Shown here in pieces: positions 26,974 through 37,700 of a stretch of 64,000 nucleotides of DNA. Origin of the DNA: Antedon mediterranea (Eukaryota; Animalia; Echinodermata); assembly GCF_964355755.1 (NCBI RefSeq), contig NC_092675.1:22850912-22914911 (forward strand), written 5' to 3'. The position numbers and the translations under genes were made by a program. Below the pieces are notes generated by a model that was given only the letters and a program-made list of their open reading frames with translations, made no database searches and had not been told where the DNA came from. Positions within the stretch are counted from its first letter, which is position 1. Every line of letters starts with the position of its first letter.

Positions 26974-29900
26974 TGCTAGACGGAATTCACAGTTGTTATA
27001 TAAAGGTGACAGATCATCATTTCCTCAAGAATTTTCAAACCCATCTATTGTAGTAAGTCAATTGTTTAATTTAATTTCTTTTTCTTTATATAAAAAGTTT
27101 GCAAATATATGTTATTGTTTATTATTTTAGACAACCAGCATATTTTCCATCCAGTATTTTATTGACAGATTATCAACATACTTTTCAATTTGTCTTGGTA
27201 AACCGGGAGAATTAAAATATCTTCTTCAAAGCATAAATATACATCCGTTGAACTTCAGTTTATAAAAATACATTTTTATCTATTAGAAAGATATTGCTAT
27301 AACTTTTAAACAGTAAAAAATAATAATAGTATAGAAAAAAACAAAAGTCACTTGGTACTTCTTCTGCGTTACTTCTTCGGGCCATAACTGTTTACCAATG
27401 TGTGAGAGTGTTTTTTAATCTTTGCCGTTTCTTCTAACATACTCATAGTCACAATTTAATTAATATGCAGCCATTGACGTACTTGTACGGAAATGCCTAT
27501 GGTCAGTTTAAGCATGATCTATTCGTTACGGACAAAACTAATAATTGAAACACAAATAGATGTTACTCTCAATTAGACTAACATGCTAGTAACAACATCA
27601 GCACAAATATAAATTGACGTCTTTACGGACATTGTTTTTCTTATGACCTGTTATGTGTGAAGTATAGCAACAACAAAAAAACTATATTTTCAACAATTGA
27701 ACTGCCACCGCAGAATGATACACGTTCAGATGTAAATTTAGGCGCTTTGTTTAAAAAATATAATCAATATTGTTCTTAAGCTCTGTCTACACTATCAAAC
27801 TAGTGAGACAAAACACTGAGAATCGGGTGATTTTAGACAATTTCAAGGAGAAACTGAACCAATTTCTGTATTTGTAGTTTGTGTTGAGAGTTTATTTGCA
27901 TGGACTGTACAGTTTTTATCTGCGTTTACTTCTATAAAATGGTGATATGATTTGAAGATATTTTAAAAATCACGATGATTTATTTTATAACTTTTTACAA
28001 ACAAGACACTTGGTACTTGATTGATCCCTTTGCAGCTGAAAACAAATCTTTACTGAGAATAGTATTTTAATAGCACGTGTTCTTACAACTTAAGGACCAT
28101 GTGTAATTCTTAATGTTTTTTATCAATTTGGAACTAATTAATATGTATAAGTTATCCATGTAGAGAGCCACAATAATTATATAAATACCAATTAGGCCTG
28201 TTAAATAAACTGTTCAATGCTTTATAAAACAGTAAATGTTACATAATTTTGAACTATTTTCCAATTAATCTAATTGTTTAATAACTTTCAAGTAGATCAA
28301 TTTCTATTTGGGTTGATTGAATTATGGAACCGAAAATGTATGATGGAAGCGATAGAACCGATCTGATTTGTTGACGTACCTTACAAATATTTGTAAAATA
28401 AAACGACATTTTATATTAATGTTGTTCAGTGTAAACCGTATTCAATATTACTATAAACGTTTTATAGATTGCTAATGATTCATCTGTTTTGTAGGTTGCA
28501 AGTATGCGCTATTCGGGATACCAAATCGGATACACGCTATGGGGTAAGTCTTTTGTTCTGTAACATTCTCTTCGCACATTACATAAAGTTGTATAGCCTT
28601 TCGTAAGACGTCACGCTTAAAACGTTAATTAATACAATATAATACATTTCGTAATGGATAGAAACCATATCGCTGATTGTATTTTGTATAATTTAGGTAA
28701 AAGCTGTCGTAAGTTGATTAATAACATTCCGTCATTAGATTTAGTTAAATTTAAATTATTACAGCAAACAAAATATTACATGAAACGTAACTTAAATTTT
28801 TAATTACTTTTTTTTTCTCCCAAGAGTTTTTAATTTTTCAAATCACTGCTTGGGCCTTTGTATTTCTTGTATTCTTCACAATAATACTACCAATCCGGGA
28901 TGGCTACGATACTATCGTATTAATTCTTATACGAGATTATTGGTAAGTTTAATCACCGAGTTTAATCTGTTTTGAGTCGTTCAGACCAGAGGCATTGTAA
29001 TTATGAAAAAGTAATCACGATTATGTTTGAATACCATAGTTGTATTCGTTATGGAAAACAAATTCATAATGATAAAAAATGTGTCTTATTTTTGATAGGC
29101 TAACATTAGTTATCGGATATGCGTTTTTCTACGGACAAGTATTTGCAATAAAATATTGTTGTCTACAAGAAAAGGGAAAGGTATTGGGTCTTGATAACAG
29201 GTATGCAATTATTATTTTATTTAATCAGTTAAAATCACTGATATCTTCACTAAAGGTCTGATTTTAAAACATATTGATAAAATCTCATGACTCTTTCTCT
29301 CTGATATGTTAGTATGAATGAATTTAGTGTCATCTTATAAATTAAAAAATGATTACTGTTATTTTGTATTTGGAGTTTTACGTGTGTTTATATACAGACA
29401 TAGTGATGTCCGATTTATTTACATACGCAACTTGTACCGTTTACAGTGACGTCATAAGCGTTACAATTTCCCTATAACATTATTAAGATTATAATCACAG
29501 GGTCATAATAACTATTCATATCAACCAATAAAATGAAATCCATTAGGCTTAGTTGATTAATTTATTTCATGATATTGGAAATTCCAATTCAGCTATAATA
29601 GAACGTCAATACGCTGTTGCAACTTCCGAAATATAATAATCAATAGAAATAAAGTCTTAATAATGTATTCATGGTTATAAATCAGTTCCGATATTATCAA
29701 GATTTCAGTTCAAAAAATGTATAGTCTTATTATTCAAATTGAAGGGAAAAACTGTTTCCATTCCCCTAAAGCTGAATTTGTATTAACTTTTAATTTTCAC
29801 ACAAATGATTAATTCATTATAATGACAAGTATTTATATCCTTATACAATGAAATTTAAAACGTTTAAAGATGTATTGTCCCCCTGAAAAAAATAATTTTT

Positions 29901-31521
29901 GACAATTTTTTTTTTAATATGCCATTTTAATGTAACATAATAGTTATCCACTTTGACCAAAAATTGGATCGAAAAAAATGTGTTTACCTGAAAAAACTGT
30001 AATCTAAAGTCACAAATTGTCAAATTGGCTGCCATCCAATGGTTTTTGGTGAATTTTAACAATATATTTTGTGATTTTATAAGTGAAAACATTATTTTTT
30101 TTCCTTTTTTTTTTCTACAGAAGTGATTAACTTTATAAAAACTACAAAACACATATTCAAAGTCTGATTTAATTAATCTTCATTTTTCATGTTTTTGAAG
30201 GACAATACATCTTTAATGAATGTATTAATATATAATATTTAACATTTTCACCTAAAGGCGTTGGTTCCACGTAGCTACATACACGTTGTTTTTCTTTCAC
30301 GTCATCACGGGCCTCGTCTCGTGTCTTTTACGGATAATTAAAAGCTTAATCTTCGGCGCAATTTTTATTGGACGTATTGATCGATGTGTTCTTATGAGAG
30401 GGTTTGAATTGTGGGATTCAGGTAACATAAAGTTATATTATAATTATGTTTTAAATTAATTTATATTGGCGGATGTGAAATAACAACCACTTGGCGTAAA
30501 TGTACATTATTATATGTTCAATTTATAAAGAAGCTGCTTGTATATTTTTTATTGCAATATGATAAATAATAGGAAAAATACTAAATAAATCGAATCAAAA
30601 TGTATTTACAATGTTTGAAGTTTTGAAAACAATTCTTTTGACATTTCAAGATAAAGATACGAAACACTATCATATGGTTTTACATATTAATGTTCTCAAA
30701 TCTACGTTTCGCGAAACATCTGCGTCCGCTTATTTAAATTATTCCTTATAGGCCTATTTACACTATTTTTATTGTTTTTTTCATCACAGGATACAAAGCA
30801 TATTTTGGATTTTTAAATCTTGAAGTTTCCCACACTCACCCGGTTTTGGTTACATTTTGCCATCTTTTGTGGAGTTCAACAAGAAGTAAACGATGGGAGT
30901 CTATAGTGTCTAAAGACGGTATTGTTGTTTAATTTATTAAGTAAAGCTGTGTTCGCTAAAACGCGACAGACCATAGATTTGCTTTGGTCCACACTCCCAT
31001 GTGTTATAACTGCCTTGGTGGGTTTGAATACATGTAGATAGCACACCGTCTTTCGGATGAGACGTTAAGTCGTTGGTCCCTTCCTTGTGCAACATGGCCC
31101 ATGTGCACCTTAAAGAATAATCTTACACACTTCGAAAATAGTAGGGGATATTAGTGTAGGCCATTATACTGCCTAAGTCAATATCAGAAGGACCCCACCT
31201 AATGAGAATTTCTGATACATAAATATTAAAAAGAACAAAGAATTTCCACTTCCAATTTTGAAAAAGAAATGGAAAATGCATGAAGCGTGATATCATGTGT
31301 TTATATTCTATTATACTTTTTTTGTAAAAGAAACCAACTATGGAGCGGTTCGCCTAACAAGTACTCAAAGTCGAAGCAAGGTAGCACGGAACCGATGGTT
31401 CGTTGCTATTACCCTGATGCGCAACCAACACGTGTTCGTGAATCGTGCAGCGCTACTACCAGAACTGGAACGGATACGTAATGACAAGAAAGAAGAAAAA
31501 AAATCAGTAAGTTACATTTAG
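6249..31521 (+). CDS. STRA6L: STRA6-like (retinol/RBP-receptor family) multipass membrane protein, paralog A, ~712 aa
   Basis: Exons 6249-6448, 10840-10915, 12224-12309, 12597-12739, 16483-16615, 17363-17411, 18389-18517, 22350-22406, 22828-22913, 23629-23684, 24321-24382, 24685-24844, 25902-25977, 26980-27052, 28495-28543, 28825-28942, 29099-29200, 30258-30421, 30790-30918, 31331-31521. All are GT-AG and phase-consistent, 2139 nt with no internal stop. Family motifs: RPG..PVNL, YYP, FRYSTR, YSGYQIGY, LDNRR, G..SCLLR, GRID, D.GY..Y, E..HTHPV, ARNRW. Confidence 0.9.
6500..8699 (-). mobile_element. 5'-truncated, frameshifted non-LTR retrotransposon (L2/CR1/Daphne-Crack group) in an intron of STRA6-like A
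   Basis: RT ORF 8007-6769 has FRPISLT, QFG, DFTKAFD, GIPQGTKLGP, YVDD, LLG and Y..YIRPILEYA. The upstream part (8572-7943) is in another frame, with a 1-nt shift near 8005 and a stop near 8598. The 3' UTR has a CAGCC-TTCG-GGCTG stem-loop (6543-6556) and an (AATA)n tail at ~6503-6517. Confidence 0.92.
6769..8572 (-). pseudogene. LINE reverse transcriptase pseudo-ORF (two overlapping frames)
   Basis: ORFs 7943-8572 and 6769-8007 join as ...IPVPKVSNV/TSFQDFRPISLTP if one base is removed. Catalytic YVDD is present. Confidence 0.88.
8742..8880 (+). mobile_element. Short Helentron-associated (HINE/DINE-like) element
   Basis: AAACAAGGCC start, internal (GACA/GACC)n microsatellite, terminal hairpin AGTCGC-TTCCAC-GCGACT followed by AAAAA. 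Related fragments at ~17878-17950 and ~20885-20925. Confidence 0.55.
8904..10217 (-). mobile_element. Non-autonomous Helitron, family B copy 2 (uninterrupted)
   Basis: On the minus strand 5' A|TCTATATATAAATTATGG at 10217 and 3' hairpin plus CTAG|T at 8904. Colinear with 8-702 plus 2025-2479. A short related fragment lies at ~30687-30722. Confidence 0.85.
10602..10678. repeat. 37-bp tandem duplication
   Basis: ATGATTGCAACAATTAGTTACAGTA(A/G)GGGTTGTAAAC occurs twice in tandem. Confidence 0.9.
13170..13497 (+). mobile_element. tRNA-derived SINE with a Deu/Nin-like central domain
   Basis: A-box TGGCCGAGCGG (13181), B-box GGTTCGAGGC (13236), acceptor-like stem GAGTGGGTGAG/CTCACTCACTC, central CTCGGATAAGGACTATAAACCGTAGGTCC...TGCACTTTAAAGAACC, and a (TTCAA)n tail. 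Partial head copy at ~20830-20880. Confidence 0.8.
15475..15631. mobile_element. MITE family 1 (PIF/Harbinger-like)
   Basis: TIRs GCTCTGTCTACACT...AGTGTAGACAGAGC flanked by TAA/TTA. Other copies at 16669-16814, 53905-54031 and 63714-63845, and a half copy at ~27779. Confidence 0.85.
16669..16814. mobile_element. MITE family 1 copy (inverted internal orientation)
   Basis: AGCTATGTCCTACACTATCAAAC...AGTGTAGACAGAGCT with TAA/TTA flanks. Interior is the reverse complement of 15475-15631. Confidence 0.8.
17031..17072 (-). ncRNA. Minimal type I hammerhead-ribozyme motif (Penelope-like element remnant), degenerate stem I
   Basis: Minus strand reads CTGATGA-T-GAGAAT-AGT-ATTCTC-GAAA-CATG-TC: conserved core, perfect stem II, palindromic ACATGT in place of stem III. 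Confidence 0.55.
21335..22115. repeat. Minisatellite, ~84-bp unit with alternating variants
   Basis: TCGTCGTTTTCATCTCCGTA-like anchors at 21431, 21517, 21601, 21685, 21768, 21818, 21904 and 22032. Built from GTC/TTC/ATC triplets. Accounts for the cluster of low-complexity ORFs here. Confidence 0.85.
23884..24036. mobile_element. MITE family 2 (PIF/Harbinger-like), internally deleted copy
   Basis: AGCTTGGTTCCCACTAGAACGTAACGCAAG left end, CACGCT right end, TTA on both sides. Confidence 0.8.
24907..25075 (+). mobile_element. Degenerate tRNA-derived SINE
   Basis: GGAGTTGTGGCTTGATGG A-box-like head, GGTTCAAGTCCC B-box, internal 17-bp duplication. Related to 32835-33120. Confidence 0.55.
26603..26781. 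mobile_element. MITE family 2, full-length copy
   Basis: Long imperfect TIRs AGCTTGGTTCCCA..AACGTAACGCAAGG / CCTTGCGTTGCGTCGCTAGTGGGAACCACGCT with a TTA target-site duplication. Confidence 0.88.
26921..26972. repeat. (TCTA)n(TTA)n microsatellite, probably an L2-type 3' tail, abutting the 26980 splice acceptor
   Basis: Repeat read directly. Preceded by GAGCGCATAGAGAC...GCGATATATAAAT, which resembles an L2/SINE 3' end. Confidence 0.7.
29868..30212. mobile_element. MITE family 3 with TTAA target-site duplication (Kolobok/piggyBac-like)
   Basis: TTAA|AGATGTATTGTCC ... GGACAATACATCT|TTAA, perfect 13-bp TIRs. A lone similar end lies at ~62430. Confidence 0.85.
30945..31235 (+). mobile_element. 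Decayed SINE with a Deu-like domain
   Basis: CGTCTTTCGGATGAGACGTTAAGTCGTTGGTCCC...GTGCACCTTAAAGAA...TTCGAAAATAGTAGGGG parallels the core of the 13170 SINE. Confidence 0.6.
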
Positions 31522-32834
31522 CAAATATATTTATTCATGCCTTGTACTACTACAGTATATCTTCTCCTCGGATAAATTTCAGTCTAAAATCAAGAGCTGT
31601 TTGTTCTACTAAATACTACACACTGTGGGTGAAATAATACAAAGAAATAGTATGAAAGCAACCATGATGATAATGTTTAAGCAGAATCGGATCTATTTTG
31701 AAACGGAATTTATACTTTCGAAGATTCTCTCATCTAGTGATACAACGGTTCATAATCATCAGGCATTTGCTCTTGTATAATATTGTGCATAACTCTAACA
31801 ATCTGTTTAGAAGGTAAATTATTAATGTGGGTATGCAAACGATACAAAACTCTGTGCTCTGTACGCTATCTGTAATTAGGGTAATGGTTAGCATACTGCC
31901 TGAGGTTAAACATATTGTATTTGCAACATGTAACTACATTTTTTAATAACTCTGCACCAACCCGTTTTGTAAGTTATGACGGGGTTTCTTAGTTATAGAC
32001 TATAGACTACATGGAATTATGACGACAGATAAATAATTAGGCCATTTATTACTATAGAAAAAAAGAGTATGGTCCGTCTCTTAAACGCCTTCAGTTTTAA
32101 AATAGCAGCAAGCATCGGTGATAAAAACTAACTGTGACATCCATGATGATAAATAGGCCTATACATTGGATTTAACATAAAAGGGAAAGTTAAGAGAAAT
32201 GACGAATAACGACGATTATTACCAAGTATAGAAATACAGAATCCTAATAAGTTATTGAATTTTATTTTCCTTGGCGGCAGGATGTTTACAATGAGAAGAA
32301 CATCAATTCTAAATCTTAATTGCAGTATTGATTTAGACGCAATGTGAAATTTCTCATTTCTCAACGTCCAGGACTCTGTTCTGAAATTGATTGCTCATAT
32401 TATAAATGTAACCGTTTAACAACATCTTCCAACAGAAAGAGAAGTCAATGGTGTCGACGGCCAATGATGTGTTGGATTCTGTTGCCACAGCTACAGTTAT
32501 AGCAATGACAGGTGGTGATTAGATACACATGTTATCAAATACGGTACGCTATAGAAACTACACAACGTTATATTTTGAGGGCGCGTGCTTTATTTCCACA
32601 TTATGGATTTTAAAAACAGTTACTTGTTACTTGAATTATGTTATTGCTGTGAGTAAGATATTTACCTACTTTTTAATAATTTTCTGGACATTAAGCTATA
32701 ATAATAAGTGAAAAATACTATTATGATCATTGTCACTTATCCAGGATAAGGTATTTATAGTCTCGACTTTTGTTTGTTGAAACAGCGACGATTCACGTAG
32801 GAAGTACAGTATCATCAGGCCAAAGGAAGGAAAT

Positions 32835-33120
32835 GGAGCTGTAGCTTGGTGGTTAATGTGCCTTCCAATCCCAGTGTCCGGGGTTCAATTCTCACCTAGT
32901 GTCAGGGTTGTAACTGACTCTTTCAACTCCACTCCCTAAGCATCAAATGAGACTGACTTTTATAAAGTAGTTTATCCATCCTGTAATTGGCGGGTTACTC
33001 GCTGTTGGATGTACACGATACCGTAAATAAAATAATGATTTACCGGCGATTGGTCTGTGACCCTTGATGGGATTGAAAATACTAGCTATGACATTATGAG
33101 ATTTTAACCATCAATAATTA
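32835..33120 (+). mobile_element. Degenerate tRNA-derived SINE
   Basis: GGAGCTGTAGCTTGGTGGTTA A-box and GGTTCAATTCTC B-box, then TGTCAGG as in the 24907 copy. The 3' boundary is approximate. Confidence 0.5.
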
Positions 33121-34727
33121 AGAATTAAGAAAGTTATATCTAGGCCTACTATTTATTGATTTATTATACGCTGTTCATATCGTTTGTTTCTCTCTATACC
33201 GTACTTGTTGATAGATTAGAATTGTATTGGTGAAATAATGTACGCAATAAGAACAAAATGTCATAATAATCTTTAATGATAACAAATCATTGTCAATTAT
33301 AATTAAAGATTAGTGAAATGGCATTGGCTAAAACATATAACAAAGATTAGGCAATATCAATCAAGTTGTCTGTTATTGGAGCGAGCAAAAGTATACAGCA
33401 TTGGTTGATTTTATATAACATATCCACGTGATAAATTAAACCTTATATTACTGTAAATATCCGAACCAAAAAATGCGAAATTAACGGGGTTTTATTTTAT
33501 CGGGACAATTGTTACATTTTAAAATTATTATTCGGAAATTAAACCATTGCTTCAAATAGACCTACTGTACGCTGACTGAGATAACAAATTACATCTCATT
33601 TTTCAAGTTAAATCTACTTATTACTTGCTTCAATCCTTAGGGCATACATGGGCATATCAAATCAATAGTTATTCATACAATAAAGCTAAATGTTACATTA
33701 TTTTACTTAGAACAAAGCAGTCATAAAATTGACATACCGTAATGTGGTAAGATTAATTGCTTTAACTTCTTATTTTTGATATTTTACAGTTGATTTACTA
33801 TTCACATTAGTAAAATTTACAAGGTATGTTTATTGTTTGATTTAAGTCAAATAAATTGTGTTTTAATCAGTATCCAGGGACGTCGAATGACGTCATCAAA
33901 CTAAGAAATCTCTATGGGCAGTTAGTGGCATTACGCCGGAAGTTTCTAAATAGTTTACCAATAATTTTAAATACCGAAGCATTAAAAAGCTTCTTATACA
34001 GTCCCCTTACATGAAAAAAATGATAACATTTATAATAATATTGTCTTACGATAATATACATTTTCTAGTCGTTTGAGAAACTAAAATAACTGGAAATAAA
34101 TCGTATTAAATGTAGAGTCTAATAATGTAAAAATATTCTATTCTGTGTGTAAAATCGGATGTAAAAAGAGTGCGTTTATAAAACTGAAATTTGATATTAC
34201 TATTTGTTTTATTTCTTTTTTTCTGGTCATGATATTCAACCTTGACAATGAATAAGTCAATTTGCTATACTGGAAGTTCGGACTTCCTCGTTTCCGATAG
34301 AACATGACTTTACAAATATATTCAGCACATCACGTGTAGGTTGTAGGCCTATGTAAAATACATCAAACTGTAGGCCTAAGACGGCTGACAAACAATAATT
34401 TAAAAGTGATAGACATGTGTACATAAACGAATGCGCTTACATGGTGTTGTTTAATTGCAAATATTAGGCCTACTGTAGCAAATTCATTCGTTGTTAATAA
34501 CAAAGGCTGTGATGCTATCACTATCTCAGCTATAGTATTGTACTGTGGATTGAATTTCATATGCTTCATTACACATTGTAAGCAATACCGCCTGCAGTAT
34601 TGTAATATTAATGGCAAACAACACCGCTAAAGCATACTGAGTCAAAGAGCAAGCAAAATACTTCTGGCGATGGTCGTTGTTGTCGGTTTTCATCATCGAT
34701 TCCTACGTAAGTGATTGGGAAGATAAT

Positions 34728-37700
34728 ATGGCGTCGACGATGGTACAAACCACAAGTAAGATATATCTATCTATCTATCTATACTTATAACAACTACTAT
34801 ATGTATATCGAGGCTTGTACACAAGCTTTCTCATCAGTAAATTGTCACCCATCATATTCCTCCGCAGTCTGGCATATGCAGATGCAGAGCAGAGAAACTC
34901 TTTAATGTGATATTGCCCAGTTACTTGATTTATTTTACTTTTTTTTTAACTTTTTATTATACTTAATTTAGATTTAACGTAGGTAGGCTGTTTTAGAACG
35001 ATACATCAATGTAGTTATTATATGAAATCGTTGATATATACCGGTATAGATGTCATTAACATGTACAAATAACAATTACAATTATTCAAACTGTTGATGA
35101 ATTAAAAAAAAACAATCCACAACATAAACAATTAATTGTAGTCCAATATAAGGCCACCCTGACAGATAATTTAGATTTAACGTAGGTAGGCTACTTTAGA
35201 GAGGATACAACAACGGCTGGTTATGATATGACATTTTTGATATAATGATGTCATTAACATTTAGAAATAACGATTACAATTATTCAAGGTTTGGATGAAT
35301 TAGAAAAAAAACCACCATAACATAAACAATTAATTGTAGTTCAATATAAGGCCACCCTGACAGCCATCTGCATTGCAAAATGATAATATGTTATGTTTTA
35401 TCTAAATGTAGACACCGGTGGTGTTTTCTTTGAGTTATCAGCATCAATTCCAAATAATTTGACAGATGAAGAAAACCTTTGCTTAGAAGCCACTTACAGC
35501 TTCACCGATTGGTTGAAATGGAGTCAACTTGCTTCCGTAAGTGTCGTCAAATATGAATAATTACATAATGGGCTGGTTTCACATTTAATTGAATTAAGAA
35601 GAACATAGAAATGGTCAATACAATAACATCTGCACCAGTCAAGGAAATACTGTATAAATATTGCAGTTACTCGCGTTTAAAACAATATTAATAGCATTTT
35701 GACAAAGTACTGTTTCGCCTTTTCGTTAAATTCGATGGTTGAAATACATTTTTTTCGTTTGTAGATATGTATCATAGTATTATTTACCCTTCTTCAAAGA
35801 CGGAAGAGACTTTATTTGGAATGTAATTCTGGTATTCCAGGTGTCATATAGTAAGTAGATCAAAGTGGCGTCTCATTCAAACTTCCATAGTGAATATCTT
35901 CACAATCATGGGCAACATTAGTAGTAGGCTTAGCAAATCCTTTGAACTTGAATTTGAAACTAAAAATGATGTTTAAAAAAAGTGAATTAGGGGTACCAGC
36001 TCTTATTCCTGTAAGTTGAAATACCTTCAGTGCCCGGAATGGTCCTATACAGTCCTATACAGTAAAACCTAATCGATAAGTATATGTTGCTTCATCGATT
36101 TTTCTTATGAATACTGTGGTCGTGACGATGTTTTTTTATCTGTAGCTAATCGTATTATTCATTCTTGTTACAGCCCTGTAAATTTAGTGGACGCCTACAG
36201 TGACAGATTCACATTTGCAAGTGCTTTTTGTAGTTCGTTGAAATGTGTCCTAGATTTGTTTTCGGGTGTTAGTTATTTCGAAATAGATACTACACATGTA
36301 GCTGATATATGGAAAGGTAAATCAACAAATTAACATCACATTAATGTATATCTGTTATGTATGTGTGTTATCCATATATCTAACTAAAATAGAAATAAAG
36401 CATTTGATTAACAATCAATCATTTAAACACTTTTACAATTAGTAAAATGGGAAACGGAGATGTTACTATATGTTACATCATAATATAAATAATCATCAAC
36501 TCTTTTCTCCGAAATACACTATGAACAAACAATTAATTTTATTTTGTGAGGGGATTAACTCTAAATGTTCCCAAACCTTTTAAACTGATAACTATGTTTT
36601 ACAAATTATTTGTATATTCTAGGAACGGTGAATATTATCACGATAGCATTTAACGTTCTTCTCATCAGTGTAGCTTTCTACCCAATATTTATATGTCTTT
36701 CAACGCAATACAGACTCATAGGGAACGCTATTGGACTCATGTACACTACATACTGGTAAATACACATGCTTAAATTACTTTTACTAGATGGCACGCTCGC
36801 TTCGCTCGCGTACCATCTAGGTCGTGCCCACAGATGGTTCTCGAATACACAGTATTTTCCAGCGAGAAAAAAATGGAGATTTCAAATGTACGTACTGCAG
36901 GACTATAATACATTGTCGTTTACAGAAACGAATAAATATACACGATGATTTATGTAGTCAGCTAAAATTAGCACCCTGGGAATTACTTCCGAGAGAGAAA
37001 CAAAATGAGTCAAATTTTTTTATTTGGACTCATTTAAACAAACCCAATTTGTGTTTTGTATGTAACATTAAGGGTTGAGGGATGGGGGAAGAAGAAAGGT
37101 ACAAAGAGGAAACATTTTAAAATATATTCTTATCCACTCAGTAACGAAATATTGTTTTTAATGTTTTATAGGCCTATAAATAATATACCACTAAATACAG
37201 TAAAACATTTACGATTTAATACTTTGTTAAAACTCTCACTGTCATAGTCGATTGAAATAGTAAAGTACATGTAACGATACACCACTACGTACGTTTATAT
37301 ATTTTTAAATTATTAATTAATACAAACGTTGAGAAGCAACTGTCAGTAATAACGTTTATTTATTTGTATATTATATGTTTATAATCTAACAGTAGGGCCT
37401 ACCCACACTCACAGTAATAAAGTTTATTTGTATATTTGTTTATATTATATCTAACAGTACCAACACTCACAGTAAGAAATTTGCGATTCAAATTGCGATC
37501 AAAAGTGCATTACAATACTATTTATGTTTATTCTCCAAGGGGGCCCATAAATCTAAATCTATACCTCTATGGTTAAACCAAATAATTTGGAATGTTCCAT
37601 TCATCACAAATCAATACATTTGTAAAAACGTATATTACATTTTTTAAAGAAAATCGGCCTGTCTTCAACATTATGATGCTGTACTCGAACTGTTCAACCG

